From: Candidatus Binatia bacterium
Lineage (GTDB): Bacteria > Desulfobacterota > Binatia > UBA9968 > CAXXLF01
Length of the DNA: 64,000 nucleotides
NCBI GenBank assembly: GCA_963664015.2
Contig: CAXXLF010000001.1
Coordinates: 416,001 to 480,000 of the forward strand
Direction: 5' to 3'
How positions within the stretch are numbered: position 1 is the stretch's first letter; each line of letters starts with the position of its first letter. Made by a program: the position numbers and the translations under genes. The notes beneath the pieces were generated by a model that was given only the letters and a program-made list of their open reading frames with translations, was not told the DNA's origin and did not search any database. Shown here one piece after another: positions 28,909 to 38,359 of the stretch.

Positions 28909-29358
28909 CTAATTCCCTTCCAGGTTCTTTCGAATCGCCTCGACAAACTCGGCCATGACCTGGTCGGCTTTTCGCTTGATGATACTACCGCCGAGGGCGG
29001 CCATTTTGCCTAATATTTCCAACGAAACGGTTACCGACATGAGGGTTCCGGGGTCCTCGTCCTTCAGCTTCACCTCCAAATTGACCGTCATGAGACTGCC
29101 GACCTTGCTATCGTTACCCGTGGCGCGGGCCTTGATGAGGGCGAGCGGCACACTATTCTCCACCTCGATCTTCATCGGGAACTTTACCCGAAAAGGCCCC
29201 ACTTTCTCTTCCATCGTAGCAGTATAGACCTTTCCATTTTCGACCGTGCTGGCCTCTTTGCAACCGGGCACACAGGTGATAAATCGGTCCACATCCCAGA
29301 GAAACTGCCACACCTTTTCCCTCGGTGCGCTTATTGCTATATCCTTTTCAAATTGCAT
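28909..29358 (-). CDS. coxG: CoxG/SRPBCC family protein
   Basis: APREKVWQFL..CVPGC, KVGPF, GKMAALG..IIKRKA. Confidence 0.75.
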   Translation of the reverse strand: MQFEKDIAISAPREKVWQFLWDVDRFITCVPGCKEASTVENGKVYTATMEEKVGPFRVKFPMKIEVENSVPLALIKARATGNDSKVGSLMTVNLEVKLKDEDPGTLMSVTVSLEILGKMAALGGSIIKRKADQVMAEFVEAIRKNLEGN

Positions 29359-29382
29359 TTCTCACTCCTTAAATAGTTAGAA

Positions 29383-29610
29383 TTCGGAGGTTGGAAGTCA
29401 GAGATCAGTTGGAAAAAAGACAACTCGCACTGTGGGGGGACCAGTTGCGACCGAGACTGCTCAGCACGGCTGTGACGTCTACTCCACAGGGCAAGAGGAC
29501 GCCAAGTTTGAAAAATTGAACACATCTCTTTCTAAGCTTGGCGTCTTGGCGCGAGAAACATTAGTATTCCTGATCTCCGAACTCTGACTTCTGATCTCTG
29601 ATCTCTGGCT
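29383..29610. repeat. Mirror-symmetric repeat cassette with filled scaffold site
   Basis: Forward heptamers, CTCGC-[IR element]-GGACGCCAAG, inverted CTTGGCGTCTTGGCG, reverse heptamers. Confidence 0.75.
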
Positions 29611-29629
29611 AACATCTATTTTCCATTTT

Positions 29630-30778
29630 CTAATGCCCCCCTGTCATCTCCAAATAACGCTTGAGGCGCTCCATACCGGCCTCGATGTTATCCACCGAAT
29701 TTGCATAACAAAACCTCAAGTAACCTTCCCCATTGGCCCCAAAGTCTATGCCCGGAGTCACCCCCAATTGAACCTTTTCTAGAATATCCATGGCCGTCTT
29801 GAGCGAATCCTCGCCTAATCGTCTGGCGTTGACAAAGACGTAAAAGGCGCCTTTCGGCTCGTGCTCGATGGTAAATCCCAATCGCCTCAGTCCGTCGATT
29901 AAGATCCGTCGTCTTTTATCGTAGATCGTCACCATCTTGGCAACCTCCGGTGCCGCCTCTTTGAGGGCCGTAATTCCGGCCCACTGCACAAAGGCGTTCG
30001 CCGAAATGAGCAGGTTTTGATGTACCTTTTGCACTGTCCGCATAAACCCTTTTGGTACAACGACATAGCCCAGGCGCCATCCCGTCATGGCATAGAGTTT
30101 TGAAAAACCGTTGAAGACAAAGGCCTGATCCGTGTACTCGAGAACCGAGTGCGCATCCTCTCCGTAGGTGAGACCGTGGTAGATTTCGTCGGATAGAATG
30201 ATGGGCCCCATTTGAGCAATCTTTGCCATTCTTTCGGGAGTGAGCAGCATACCGGTGGGATTGGCCGGTGAATTGATTAGAATCCCCTTAGTCCTGGAGG
30301 ACATCTTTTTTTCAATGGCCGCAGGATGCAACTGAAATCCATCGTCCTCGAAGATCTCGACCGCCACGGGGAGCGCTCCCCGGTCTGCAATCATATTGGC
30401 GTAGCAGGCATAACCGGGATCAGGCAGCAAGACCTCGTCACCGTCCTCGAGGAGGGTGGACAGTGTCAGGTAGATGCCCGGTGAGCTCCCGGCAGTCACC
30501 AGAATATTATCCGGTGACACCCGAACACAGTTGCCATTCCACAAATGCTCGCTAATAGCCTCCCGGAGTTCCAGTAGACCCAGACTATGGGTGTAATGGG
30601 TTTTGCCTTCCCGCAATGCCCGGATCGCTGCTTCCTTGATGACTTCCGGGGTGTCGAAGTCAGGCTCGCCTACCTCTAGATGGATAACGGGTTTGCCGGC
30701 GCGCTCCATCTCCTGGGCGCATTCCATGACCTCCATTACGAGAAAGGGGGTCATCGCGTTCGATTTACGAGAAATCAT
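29630..30778 (-). CDS. PLP-dependent aminotransferase class I/II (AspC-like)
   Basis: GEPDF, NSPANPTG, SDEIYH, GFSKLYAMTGWRLG. Confidence 0.92.
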   Translation of the reverse strand: MISRKSNAMTPFLVMEVMECAQEMERAGKPVIHLEVGEPDFDTPEVIKEAAIRALREGKTHYTHSLGLLELREAISEHLWNGNCVRVSPDNILVTAGSSPGIYLTLSTLLEDGDEVLLPDPGYACYANMIADRGALPVAVEIFEDDGFQLHPAAIEKKMSSRTKGILINSPANPTGMLLTPERMAKIAQMGPIILSDEIYHGLTYGEDAHSVLEYTDQAFVFNGFSKLYAMTGWRLGYVVVPKGFMRTVQKVHQNLLISANAFVQWAGITALKEAAPEVAKMVTIYDKRRRILIDGLRRLGFTIEHEPKGAFYVFVNARRLGEDSLKTAMDILEKVQLGVTPGIDFGANGEGYLRFCYANSVDNIEAGMERLKRYLEMTGGH

Positions 30779-30781
30779 TTG

Positions 30782-31172
30782 GAAGTTAGAGGTCAGAAAG
30801 CCAGAGATCAGACATCGGAATTCGGAGGTCAGAGGTCAGTTGGGAAAAAGATCACTCGCCCTGTGGAGTATTGATCTCAACGTAGGCCGAGTATACCCCC
30901 AAGGGCTTACTCCACGGGGCGAGCGCAAAGATGCAAAGGGCGCCAAGTTCATCGGGTTATTTGGGTTTGTTGGGTTGCTTGCGTTTATTGAGGCCATCTA
31001 GTCAGTCTCGTTTCTCTGGCCTGCCCCGTAAAATTGCACTGGGAAGACTCTCGTAGCTCTACCGGCGAGGTATTTCACTGGGCGCTATGCTCTTTGCGTT
31101 TTACCGTTGACGATTGACCGATAACCATTGACAATTAAGTACTTACTTTTTGCGATTCGCCATTTGCTATTG
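30782..31172. repeat. Modular repeat cassette with two nested IR elements
   Basis: Heptamers 30782-30840; 16-bp IR at 30855/30908; 9-mers; cctgccccgtaaaat...atttcactggg; reverse heptamers. Confidence 0.8.
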
Positions 31173-31173
31173 G

Positions 31174-32139
31174 CTACCGGGAATCGGCCATACTGTCCCT
31201 AAGGTCTTTAAACTCTTTGCCAAGGTAATCCTTGAGTTTTTTCTTAACCCGTTCTTCGATTTGCCGTACCCGTTCACGACTGATTCCAAACTCCTCCCCT
31301 ATCTCTCTTAGGGTCGAGGGTTGGTCCGACAACAATCTCTGTTGGAAGATAAACAATTCTTTATCCTTCAGCCCTTTGGCAAACTGCTGGATCTTTTCCT
31401 TCAATACACTACGAAATTCCGTTTCCGCGAATATCTCCTCCGGATTCTGGTTCTCGTCGGCCAATAGGTGGAGAAGCGTCACGTCGCTATCACCCCCAAC
31501 GGGAACGTCGGTGGAGAGATCCCTATTGGATAGACGCTGATCCATCTCTATGACCTCTCCCTCTTTCACATCCAGACGCTGCGCTAAGAGCTTTGGCCCC
31601 GGCGTGTAACCTTCCGCTTCCAATTTCTCCTTTTCCTTCAAGAGATTGAAGAAGAGGCGCCGTTGCGCCTGAGTCTTTCCGATCTTCACCATCCGCCAGT
31701 TGTTCATTACGTAGCGAATGATATAGGCCCGGACCCACCAGACCGCATATGAAGGGAAACGTACGCCCCGATAGGGATCGAACTTTTTGAGGGCCTCCAT
31801 GAGACCGACGTTTCCCTCCTGGATCAAATCCAAAAGGCTTCGGAAGGCCTTTTCATATTCCCGGGCGATCATGACGACTAACCTGAGGTTTGACGTGAGC
31901 AGTTTATAGACCGCTTTGATATTACCGAATTCTTTATACTGGACTGCCAGATCGTGCTCTTCCTCGCGTGTTAATAAGGGGTAGCGACGGATTTCGGTCA
32001 GATAGCGCTGAAGGGAATCAAAAGGGACGAGGGCGTTGTTGGGCGAAGGTAGCTTTTGCTTCAGATCTGCATCGTCCAGAACTTCGACTTCCTTTTGAGA
32101 GTCCTTATTTTTTGTGTTTTTATCTTTGCGGCGTGGCAT
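31174..32139 (-). CDS. rpoH: RNA polymerase sigma-32 factor
   Basis: DLIQEGNVGL, YAVWW, RpoH-box-like QAQRRLFFNL, region 4 SRERVRQIE. Confidence 0.85.
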   Translation of the reverse strand: MPRRKDKNTKNKDSQKEVEVLDDADLKQKLPSPNNALVPFDSLQRYLTEIRRYPLLTREEEHDLAVQYKEFGNIKAVYKLLTSNLRLVVMIAREYEKAFRSLLDLIQEGNVGLMEALKKFDPYRGVRFPSYAVWWVRAYIIRYVMNNWRMVKIGKTQAQRRLFFNLLKEKEKLEAEGYTPGPKLLAQRLDVKEGEVIEMDQRLSNRDLSTDVPVGGDSDVTLLHLLADENQNPEEIFAETEFRSVLKEKIQQFAKGLKDKELFIFQQRLLSDQPSTLREIGEEFGISRERVRQIEERVKKKLKDYLGKEFKDLRDSMADSR

Positions 32140-32235
32140 AACGTTGCTCGTAGCGTCAATATAGACCCAGTGTAGCCTCAAATTTAAAAAGTATAGTTTT
32201 TTGACTGGTTTTTCAATGAGCTGCCCTACTTTACC

Positions 32236-32264
32236 TTGACAGAAGACCAGGCCGAATTTATCCT
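32236..32264 (+). promoter_or_regulatory. Sigma70-type promoter
   Basis: TTGACA-17nt-TATCCT upstream of GAGGAG RBS and ATG 32284. Confidence 0.5.
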
Positions 32265-32283
32265 TACAATCGAGGAGTTACCC

Positions 32284-32775
32284 ATGGGACTATTGAACCT
32301 GTTAAAAACGCAGTGGAAAAGACCTTCAGGGAGGCACGGGCGTCATAAACGCCTCGACCTCGTTACGGCTCTCAAAGAGGACTATCGAGACCTACTACGG
32401 TTAGCGCAACAGGTTAGGGTACACGCCGACATGGCCCCCTACCCGGCCGTAAGTGAACGCCTGAACCAGATAGCTGTAGAGAAAGAGGCGAGCGCTGGAA
32501 GTCTCAGAGAAAAGATCTTTGGGTTTGGCGCTATAGTCGACGATGAAACTGGGTTGGACCTCTTCAAGGGCAAGAATCATTGGGATCGAATGGTGCGAGA
32601 TCTCGAGGACCAGAGGAATCTAGAAGATCTTTTGAGGGACGATCTGATATTCCTGGATCAGGGATCAACCGAGGTCAACGAGCTGCTTGGTAAAATTGTG
32701 GCAAGTGAAGCAACCCATCGTAATGCCTTTCAAGATTTACTTGCAAAGGCCGACCCTCAGGCCACTCAGAGTTGA
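32284..32775 (+). CDS. Ferritin-like four-helix hypothetical protein
   Basis: Helical, E-x2-H motif near the C-terminus (EATH), RBS present. Confidence 0.6.
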   Translation: MGLLNLLKTQWKRPSGRHGRHKRLDLVTALKEDYRDLLRLAQQVRVHADMAPYPAVSERLNQIAVEKEASAGSLREKIFGFGAIVDDETGLDLFKGKNHWDRMVRDLEDQRNLEDLLRDDLIFLDQGSTEVNELLGKIVASEATHRNAFQDLLAKADPQATQS

Positions 32776-32806
32776 ATTAATACCATCCAATTGTAGTCTT
32801 TTTGAG

Positions 32807-32970
32807 ATTGGAAAAGGTCGCGGGAATCGTACTGAGCCTGGACATAATCGTTTCGACCTAAGCTCAGCCGAGCAGCGCGGGAACGATCCGCGAGTGAAGG
32901 CGTGCTTGAGCGGTACGCTAAAGGACCCAAACCATGCGCAACTCCCCAGTTGGGCGTTTTTTCAGCAGGC
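32807..32970 (-). mobile_element. Second, degenerate copy of the MITE/REP-like element at 24681, with a nested TTCGAC..GCTCAG repeat
   Basis: gcgagtgaaggcgtgcttgagcggtacg approximates the reverse complement of 24790-24820; ends ttttttcagcaggc. Confidence 0.5.
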
Positions 32971-32974
32971 TATA

Positions 32975-33190
32975 CTAATGCTCGACGTGAGATAGCCCGC
33001 GAGTCCGCGCAAAAGCCATATCCAAAGCCATTCCGGTCATGATAGCGTGCCATGCCTCATCACCTGAGAGGCCGGCCATCTTAAAGGAACGCCAAAGCAG
33101 AATCATATCCTGCTCGGTCAACTCATCGAAGCTCTCTACCTGGGTATCTTCTAACATTTCCTGAACATCTTTCATCATTAGAGCCCCCAT
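32975..33190 (-). CDS. Small hypothetical protein
   Basis: Acidic helical ORF (MKDVQEMLED...); start uncertain. Confidence 0.45.
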   Translation of the reverse strand: MGALMMKDVQEMLEDTQVESFDELTEQDMILLWRSFKMAGLSGDEAWHAIMTGMALDMAFARTRGLSHVEH

Positions 33191-33388
33191 AGAGGATGGA
33201 TTTGGGGGTAGAGAAAGCAATCCCTATACCAGCACCTCAAGTAGGTAGACTTACAGGGAAACCAAAGACACAAAAAGGTAATTCTGTGCCCTTGGGTCAA
33301 CAGAAATACCAAATTATTGCCCTAATTGAACAAAATCGGCCTTCCTCTGGCTCAACCCAATACGGCCGATTACCCGGTAAAATCCCAA

Positions 33389-33790
33389 CTAGTCGATTAC
33401 AGCAAGGCCTGAAATTTCCACCATACAATCAGGATTATAAAGGCTTTTTACTTCCACCAGGGTAATAGCTGGGAAATGCTTGCCAAAAATGTCACGATAG
33501 GCCGTACCGATGGGTTTGGTGTTTTGCTTATAGGCCTTTAAATTCGTGACATAGATCGTCAGCGATGCAAACTGATCCGGACGTCCCCCCGCCGCCTCGA
33601 CAGCTGTCTTAAGATTGGCTATGACCTGACAGAACTGAGCAAGGAACTCACTCTTTCCCACTACGGCACCCGAGACATCAAAAGGCGCCTGCCCCGCGAC
33701 ATATACCATTTTCCCTGATGTGATCTTCGCCACATGGGCGTACCCCAAAGGCGGCTCCAAACCCTCCGGGTTCAATAACTCAAATGCCAT
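33389..33790 (-). CDS. RidA/YjgF family protein
   Basis: NPEGL..P.GY.H, YVAGQ, FPAITLVEV..L, MVEI; AAGGATGAGG RBS. Confidence 0.88.
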   Translation of the reverse strand: MAFELLNPEGLEPPLGYAHVAKITSGKMVYVAGQAPFDVSGAVVGKSEFLAQFCQVIANLKTAVEAAGGRPDQFASLTIYVTNLKAYKQNTKPIGTAYRDIFGKHFPAITLVEVKSLYNPDCMVEISGLAVID

Positions 33791-33859
33791 AACCTCATCC
33801 TTTCTCTTAAGTTTTTCACGCCAAGACTTTGTCGTGAGCTCCCTTCGGGTTTGAGCCTC

Positions 33860-34375
33860 ATGGTTCGAGTACCTCACCATGACCCAGAGCAAAGTCGAAG
33901 GGTCAGGGTTGAAGACAGTCGAACGATGCCAAGCCCGAATAGAGTTTTTTACCGCAGATTAACGCAGATGAACATAGATAAAGATTTTTTTAGCATCTCA
34001 CCGCAGAGACTCCGCCAGAGGACAGATTAATTTTTGGCTGAGCTAAGCGGCCAAAGGAAATACCATCTTATTCTCTCTTAACTTCGCGCCCTTTGCGACT
34101 TTGCAGCTTGCCCCGTGGAATAGCGCTTCGGGAGAACAACGCAACCTCGGTCGAGTCTATATTTCACAGGGCGAGTTGTTCTTAATCCGGTCGCCGTCCG
34201 AGGATAAAATGTTTATCGCGCCAAGACCCCAAGCCTGCAAAGAGAAGAGTTTTCCTTTTCCGACCTTGGCGCCCTTTGTGGTTCGACTGGGCTCACCAAC
34301 ATGAGTCCATGGTTCGAGTTGCCTCACCACCCTGAGCCTGTCGATGGGTCGAAGGGCGGCTTTTACGCGAGAAAA
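33860..34375. repeat. Composite repeat region: TTCGAC..GCTCAG REP-like units, CGCAGATT 9-mers, filled scaffold site on the minus strand
   Basis: accgcagattaacgcagatgaac; IR at 34107/34160; ttcgagttgcctcaccaccctgagcctgtcga. Confidence 0.7.
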
Positions 34376-34484
34376 GGGAAAATTCAAATATATTTGTTTA
34401 TAAACTGCTAGCAACCCATTATTATGTCACGCAATCGCACCTTACGTTTCTGGCTCTCTACCCGTGATCATCAGTATCTATAAG

Positions 34485-35498
34485 TCACGATGCGTTTTTT
34501 GCAAATTTGCCCATGCTCAAGATAAACCGTTTGATCTCGCCAACCACATCATTCGAGGCGGGCAAATAGGGCAGGATGACCCGGGTGGCCCCCGCTTCGA
34601 TAAATGGTTGGGCCCGGGACCAGATTTCTTCCGCCGAAGTTGCAGGCACGAGGGGAAGGCCGTTAAAGAGCCGGTCGGTAATGGCCGCTCGCGCGGCTTG
34701 AAATCCAGATCTCTTCCAGGCCGTACGCATGCCTTCCACTTCAGCACCAAACCCCATACGGGTCAAAATGTCCCGGTAGTAATCTCCCAACGCATAGTAG
34801 GTGAGCACTTTGCCAAGCGCCTCTCGGGCCCCCTCGTAACTGTTTCCAATGCAGCAACGCACCTTGCAGATCACTTCGATCCGACTGGGATCCTTACCTG
34901 CCTCCTCCGCCACTAGTTGGACTTCCCATACGATCCGACGAATCTGTTCCGGATCGGCCATATTGATCAGGACTCCGTCGGTTAACCTTCCGGCCAGCCG
35001 GCTCATCTGGGGTCCAAACGCTGCAAGATAGATCGGGATGTGCCTGCCCGACGGTTTGAAGGCCCGCTTGAAACTCTCGGCACGAAAATACTTCCCGGTG
35101 AATCCCAACTTTTAACCCTCCATCGCACGTCGGACAATCTCCAGGTACTCCTTGATCCGGCCTATGGGTCGATCGAAAGGAACTCCATGCCAACGGGCAA
35201 TGGTCGGATTGGATACCCCTACACCTAAGAGGAACCTTCCCCGGGAAAGTTCCTCCAGACCCACCGACTGAAGCGCCAGTGTCGCCGGCGTTCTACCCAA
35301 CATGTGAAAGACCGCGGAACCGATCTCAATACGTTTGGTGACAGCAGCGATGGAAGCCAGCCTCACCGTCGGATCTTTGTTGTTTGCCTCACCGGACCAT
35401 ACGCAGCGAAACTCATTTTCCTCCACCAGACAGGCAAGCTCGGGAATGGCGTCCATCGGCAACTGGGCACCCGAGTTGAATTCGATGTCGAGCTGCAT
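34485..35498 (-). pseudogene. LLM-class flavin/F420-dependent oxidoreductase, split by in-frame TAA at 35112
   Basis: GRFLLGVGVS..RIKEYLEIVRR | PIYLAAFGPQM..AG..DG in the same frame on either side of one stop. Confidence 0.85.
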
Positions 35499-35544
35499 GT
35501 GGGGAACATTAGGCAGTGAATAGTCAAAGGTCAATAGCAAAGCC

Positions 35545-35886
35545 CAGGGATCAGAGGACAGAGGTCAGAAGCTGGCGAATGGCGAAAAGTCATTAGTAAA
35601 AAGTCAATGGTTATTGGTCAATGCTAAATCGGGAAGAAGCAAAGAACATAGCGCAAAAAGCAAAGCGGCCCGTAAAATACCTCTTCCGCAAGAGGTCAAA
35701 AAATCCTCCCACCGCAATTTGACAGGGCAGGCCAGGCAAATGAGAGAGGGAGTGCAACGAACTCGATAAACTCAACAAACTAAGGGGACCCGAGAGACTA
35801 AATAGACCGGACCAACGAGATAGACCAGATAGACCAAACGAACCCAATCAACTCAATAAACGCAAGCAACTCGACAAACTCAGTGA
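35545..35886. repeat. Modular repeat cassette
   Basis: Heptamers of several classes, IR element 35668-35730, 9-mer array 35755-35886. Confidence 0.8.
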
Positions 35887-35887
35887 A

Positions 35888-36352
35888 CTAGACGAACGCG
35901 ATCAACCAAACGACGAGGTGCGCCCCCAGGTTAGCGTAGATGGCGGCCACCACGTCATCCATGAAAACGTTGACTGGCCCGCTTCTACGATCGAAGTAGG
36001 AAGCCGGAAAGGGTTTCACAACATCGAACAGTCTAAAAAATAAAAAGGCAATGAGGATAAAAATCCAGTTGCCTTGATAGAGCGGAGTTAAAAGGGCGAT
36101 CCACTGACCGGCGACTTCATCGTAAACCAGGAAGCTTGGATCCGATTCGGTGGAGGTCTTGCCGATCTCAACCGTTGCCCACCAGCCCAGGGCGAGCACG
36201 GCCAAGGAAGCTATGGCAAGGATGGCATTAGACTGCAGGGGGTGTACAAAATAATAGAAGAGCGCCGCAACGGCACTCGCGACTGTCCCCGAGCCTATTG
36301 GAGCAAATCCCACGTAGCAGAAGCTGCCAACGACGATCGCCCAGCGCGCCAT
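35888..36352 (-). CDS. pgpA: Phosphatidylglycerophosphatase A
   Basis: GTVAS, DP..V.DEVAGQW, FRLFDVVKPFP, MDDVVA. Confidence 0.9.
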   Translation of the reverse strand: MARWAIVVGSFCYVGFAPIGSGTVASAVAALFYYFVHPLQSNAILAIASLAVLALGWWATVEIGKTSTESDPSFLVYDEVAGQWIALLTPLYQGNWIFILIAFLFFRLFDVVKPFPASYFDRRSGPVNVFMDDVVAAIYANLGAHLVVWLIAFV

Positions 36353-36437
36353 AGCCTAACGGAAACATCCTGAGATCAGCCTGCCCATGTGTTCCCTATT
36401 GGCCATTGGCACTATCCATAAAACGGTTTTAACACGA

Positions 36438-36620
36438 TTTAGTTCGTCGAGTTTATAGAGTTGATTGGGTTTACGGGGTTTATCGAGTTCATTGGGTTTA
36501 TTGCGTTTGTTGAGTTTATCGAGTTTTTTGAGTTTGTTTGGTTTGACGGGTTCATTGAGGCCGGTGGGCTAGGTAATTGACTAATGACCATTGGCTAGCC
36601 CCTATTGGCTATTCGCTGCG
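36438..36620. repeat. 9-mer tandem array plus heptamers
   Basis: gagtttata/gagttgatt/gggtttacg/gggttatcg... about 13 units. Confidence 0.85.
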
Positions 36621-36646
36621 TCCCGCGCTTTCACGTTCACGTGTGC

Positions 36647-37747
36647 CTACTCGATGCTTTGCAGTGTAACTTTAATCTGTTTTCGTTTCTTTTCGCGCAG
36701 CACGGTCACCGTCACGGTTTGCTCGACTCGATACTTTTCTAGGATGAGAAAAAGGTCTTTGACTGATTCGACGGGTTTGTCGTCGATGGCAACAATGACA
36801 TCACCAAGTTTTACCTGACCGGTGAAGTCACGGCTGGTTGGGCGCAACCCTGCCGAATCTCCCGCACCCCCTCGTTTGACATTCACGATCAAAACACCGG
36901 GTAGATTCAACTCCCGGGCCAACTGGTCTTCGGCCACCTGGATACCGAGGCCCGGCCGAATGACCTTGCCGTAACGAATCAACTGGGGAACAATGCGATT
37001 CACCGTATTGACCGGGATGGCAAAACCAATCCCTACGGAGGCCCCGGAAGGACTGAAGATAGCCGTGTTGACGCCAATCAATCGACCCGAGCTGTCCAGC
37101 AAGGGGCCGCCCGAATTGCCCGGATTGATAGCGGCGTCGGTCTGAATCACACCTCCAATGGGACGGCGAGTCACTGACTCGATTTCGCGCCCCAGTGCAC
37201 TGATAATCCCGGTGGTGAGGGTTTGATCCAACCCGAATGGATTGCCAATGGCAAAAACCTTCTGCCCCACCAAGAGGTCCTCGGAAGTCCCTATACGAGT
37301 GAGCCTTAACCGGTCCTTGGGTGCCTCGATACGGAGCACGGCCAGGTCCTGGTCCGGAGCCACACCGACCCGTCGTGCCTTCCATGTTGAATGATCGGCG
37401 AGCGTCACCTGAGCCGCATCGGCATTTTGAATCACATGGAAGTTGGTTACGATATGACCGTCACTGTCCCAAAGGAACCCTGAGCCACTACCCTCAGGGA
37501 TCTGCATCAAATTAAGCGTAAAGGCATCACGGCGAACCGCGAAAGGGGTGATGTTCACCACCGATGGAGAAACTTGGCGAAACAAGCGTATGGTGGCATT
37601 CTCGTCCTCGGAGAGATCCTGCCGCGGAGTGACGGAACGGGGTCGTGCATCGGGACCCTGCTGACTCGCGCCATTCGCCCAGAAGCGCCACATAAACAGG
37701 GCAATCAACACAACTAAGAAAACCAGTATTCGAATGGTGAGTTTCAT
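36647..37747 (-). CDS. HtrA/DegP-like trypsin serine protease with one PDZ domain
   Basis: VTNFHV, DLAVL, QTDAAINPGNSGGPL, C-terminal PDZ. Confidence 0.92.
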   Translation of the reverse strand: MKLTIRILVFLVVLIALFMWRFWANGASQQGPDARPRSVTPRQDLSEDENATIRLFRQVSPSVVNITPFAVRRDAFTLNLMQIPEGSGSGFLWDSDGHIVTNFHVIQNADAAQVTLADHSTWKARRVGVAPDQDLAVLRIEAPKDRLRLTRIGTSEDLLVGQKVFAIGNPFGLDQTLTTGIISALGREIESVTRRPIGGVIQTDAAINPGNSGGPLLDSSGRLIGVNTAIFSPSGASVGIGFAIPVNTVNRIVPQLIRYGKVIRPGLGIQVAEDQLARELNLPGVLIVNVKRGGAGDSAGLRPTSRDFTGQVKLGDVIVAIDDKPVESVKDLFLILEKYRVEQTVTVTVLREKKRKQIKVTLQSIE

Positions 37748-37887
37748 TATCGGGAAGGTGAAGTTGTATCCTCAAGCGATAATCTCGAGGGTTGCTCGAG
37801 ACACCGAAGATGCAAAAGGAGCATAGGTGATCTTTCCCCTTATCAATAGATAGCGTTGGACCGATGATCTGTCAATAACTCCCTATA

Positions 37888-38300
37888 GCCAGAGGTCAGA
37901 AGTCAGAGATCGGAGGTCGGAGATCAGACGACGGAAAGCCAGAAGTCGAAGGTCAGGGGTCAGTTGGGGAACAGACAACTCGCGTCCATCGAGAACCTCC
38001 CTTCGACGGGCTCAGGGTGGTGAGGGAACTCGAAACACAGGACCCCCGAGGGGAATCGAGGGGCAAAGGCGCAAAGGACGCCAAGTTCATCGGGTTACTT
38101 GAGTTCTTTGGGTTCTTTGAGTTAGTGTGGTCCGTATTCCAGTCGTTGCTCATCTGTCGGCGCTTTGCCCTCTGCGCTATGCTCTTTGCTTTGTGCTGTT
38201 GCCGATCTCTGATCTCCGTCCTCTGACCTCTAGGATGCGCTATTTGCCGATCTCCGACCTCTGTCTCTGCCTCTGTCCGACCTCTGGCCATTTGCTATTT
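37888..38300. repeat. Mirror-symmetric repeat cassette with doubly nested insertion
   Basis: Forward heptamers 37888-37960, scaffold + insert 37979-38087, 9-mers, reverse heptamers 38200-38290. Confidence 0.8.
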
Positions 38301-38359
38301 GCCCTCCACAATTTACAATTGACGTTCGGCCTTTAATTTAAAAGTTGCTCATACTCCTT

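Noticed and set aside
24042-38336. Short ORFs over spacers (24042-24323, 27386-27721, 30603-31001, 35611-35847, 37953-38291, 38017-38336)
   Set aside because: Translations of repeat DNA (9-mers keep a frame open) or antisense overlaps; no RBS or homology signal.
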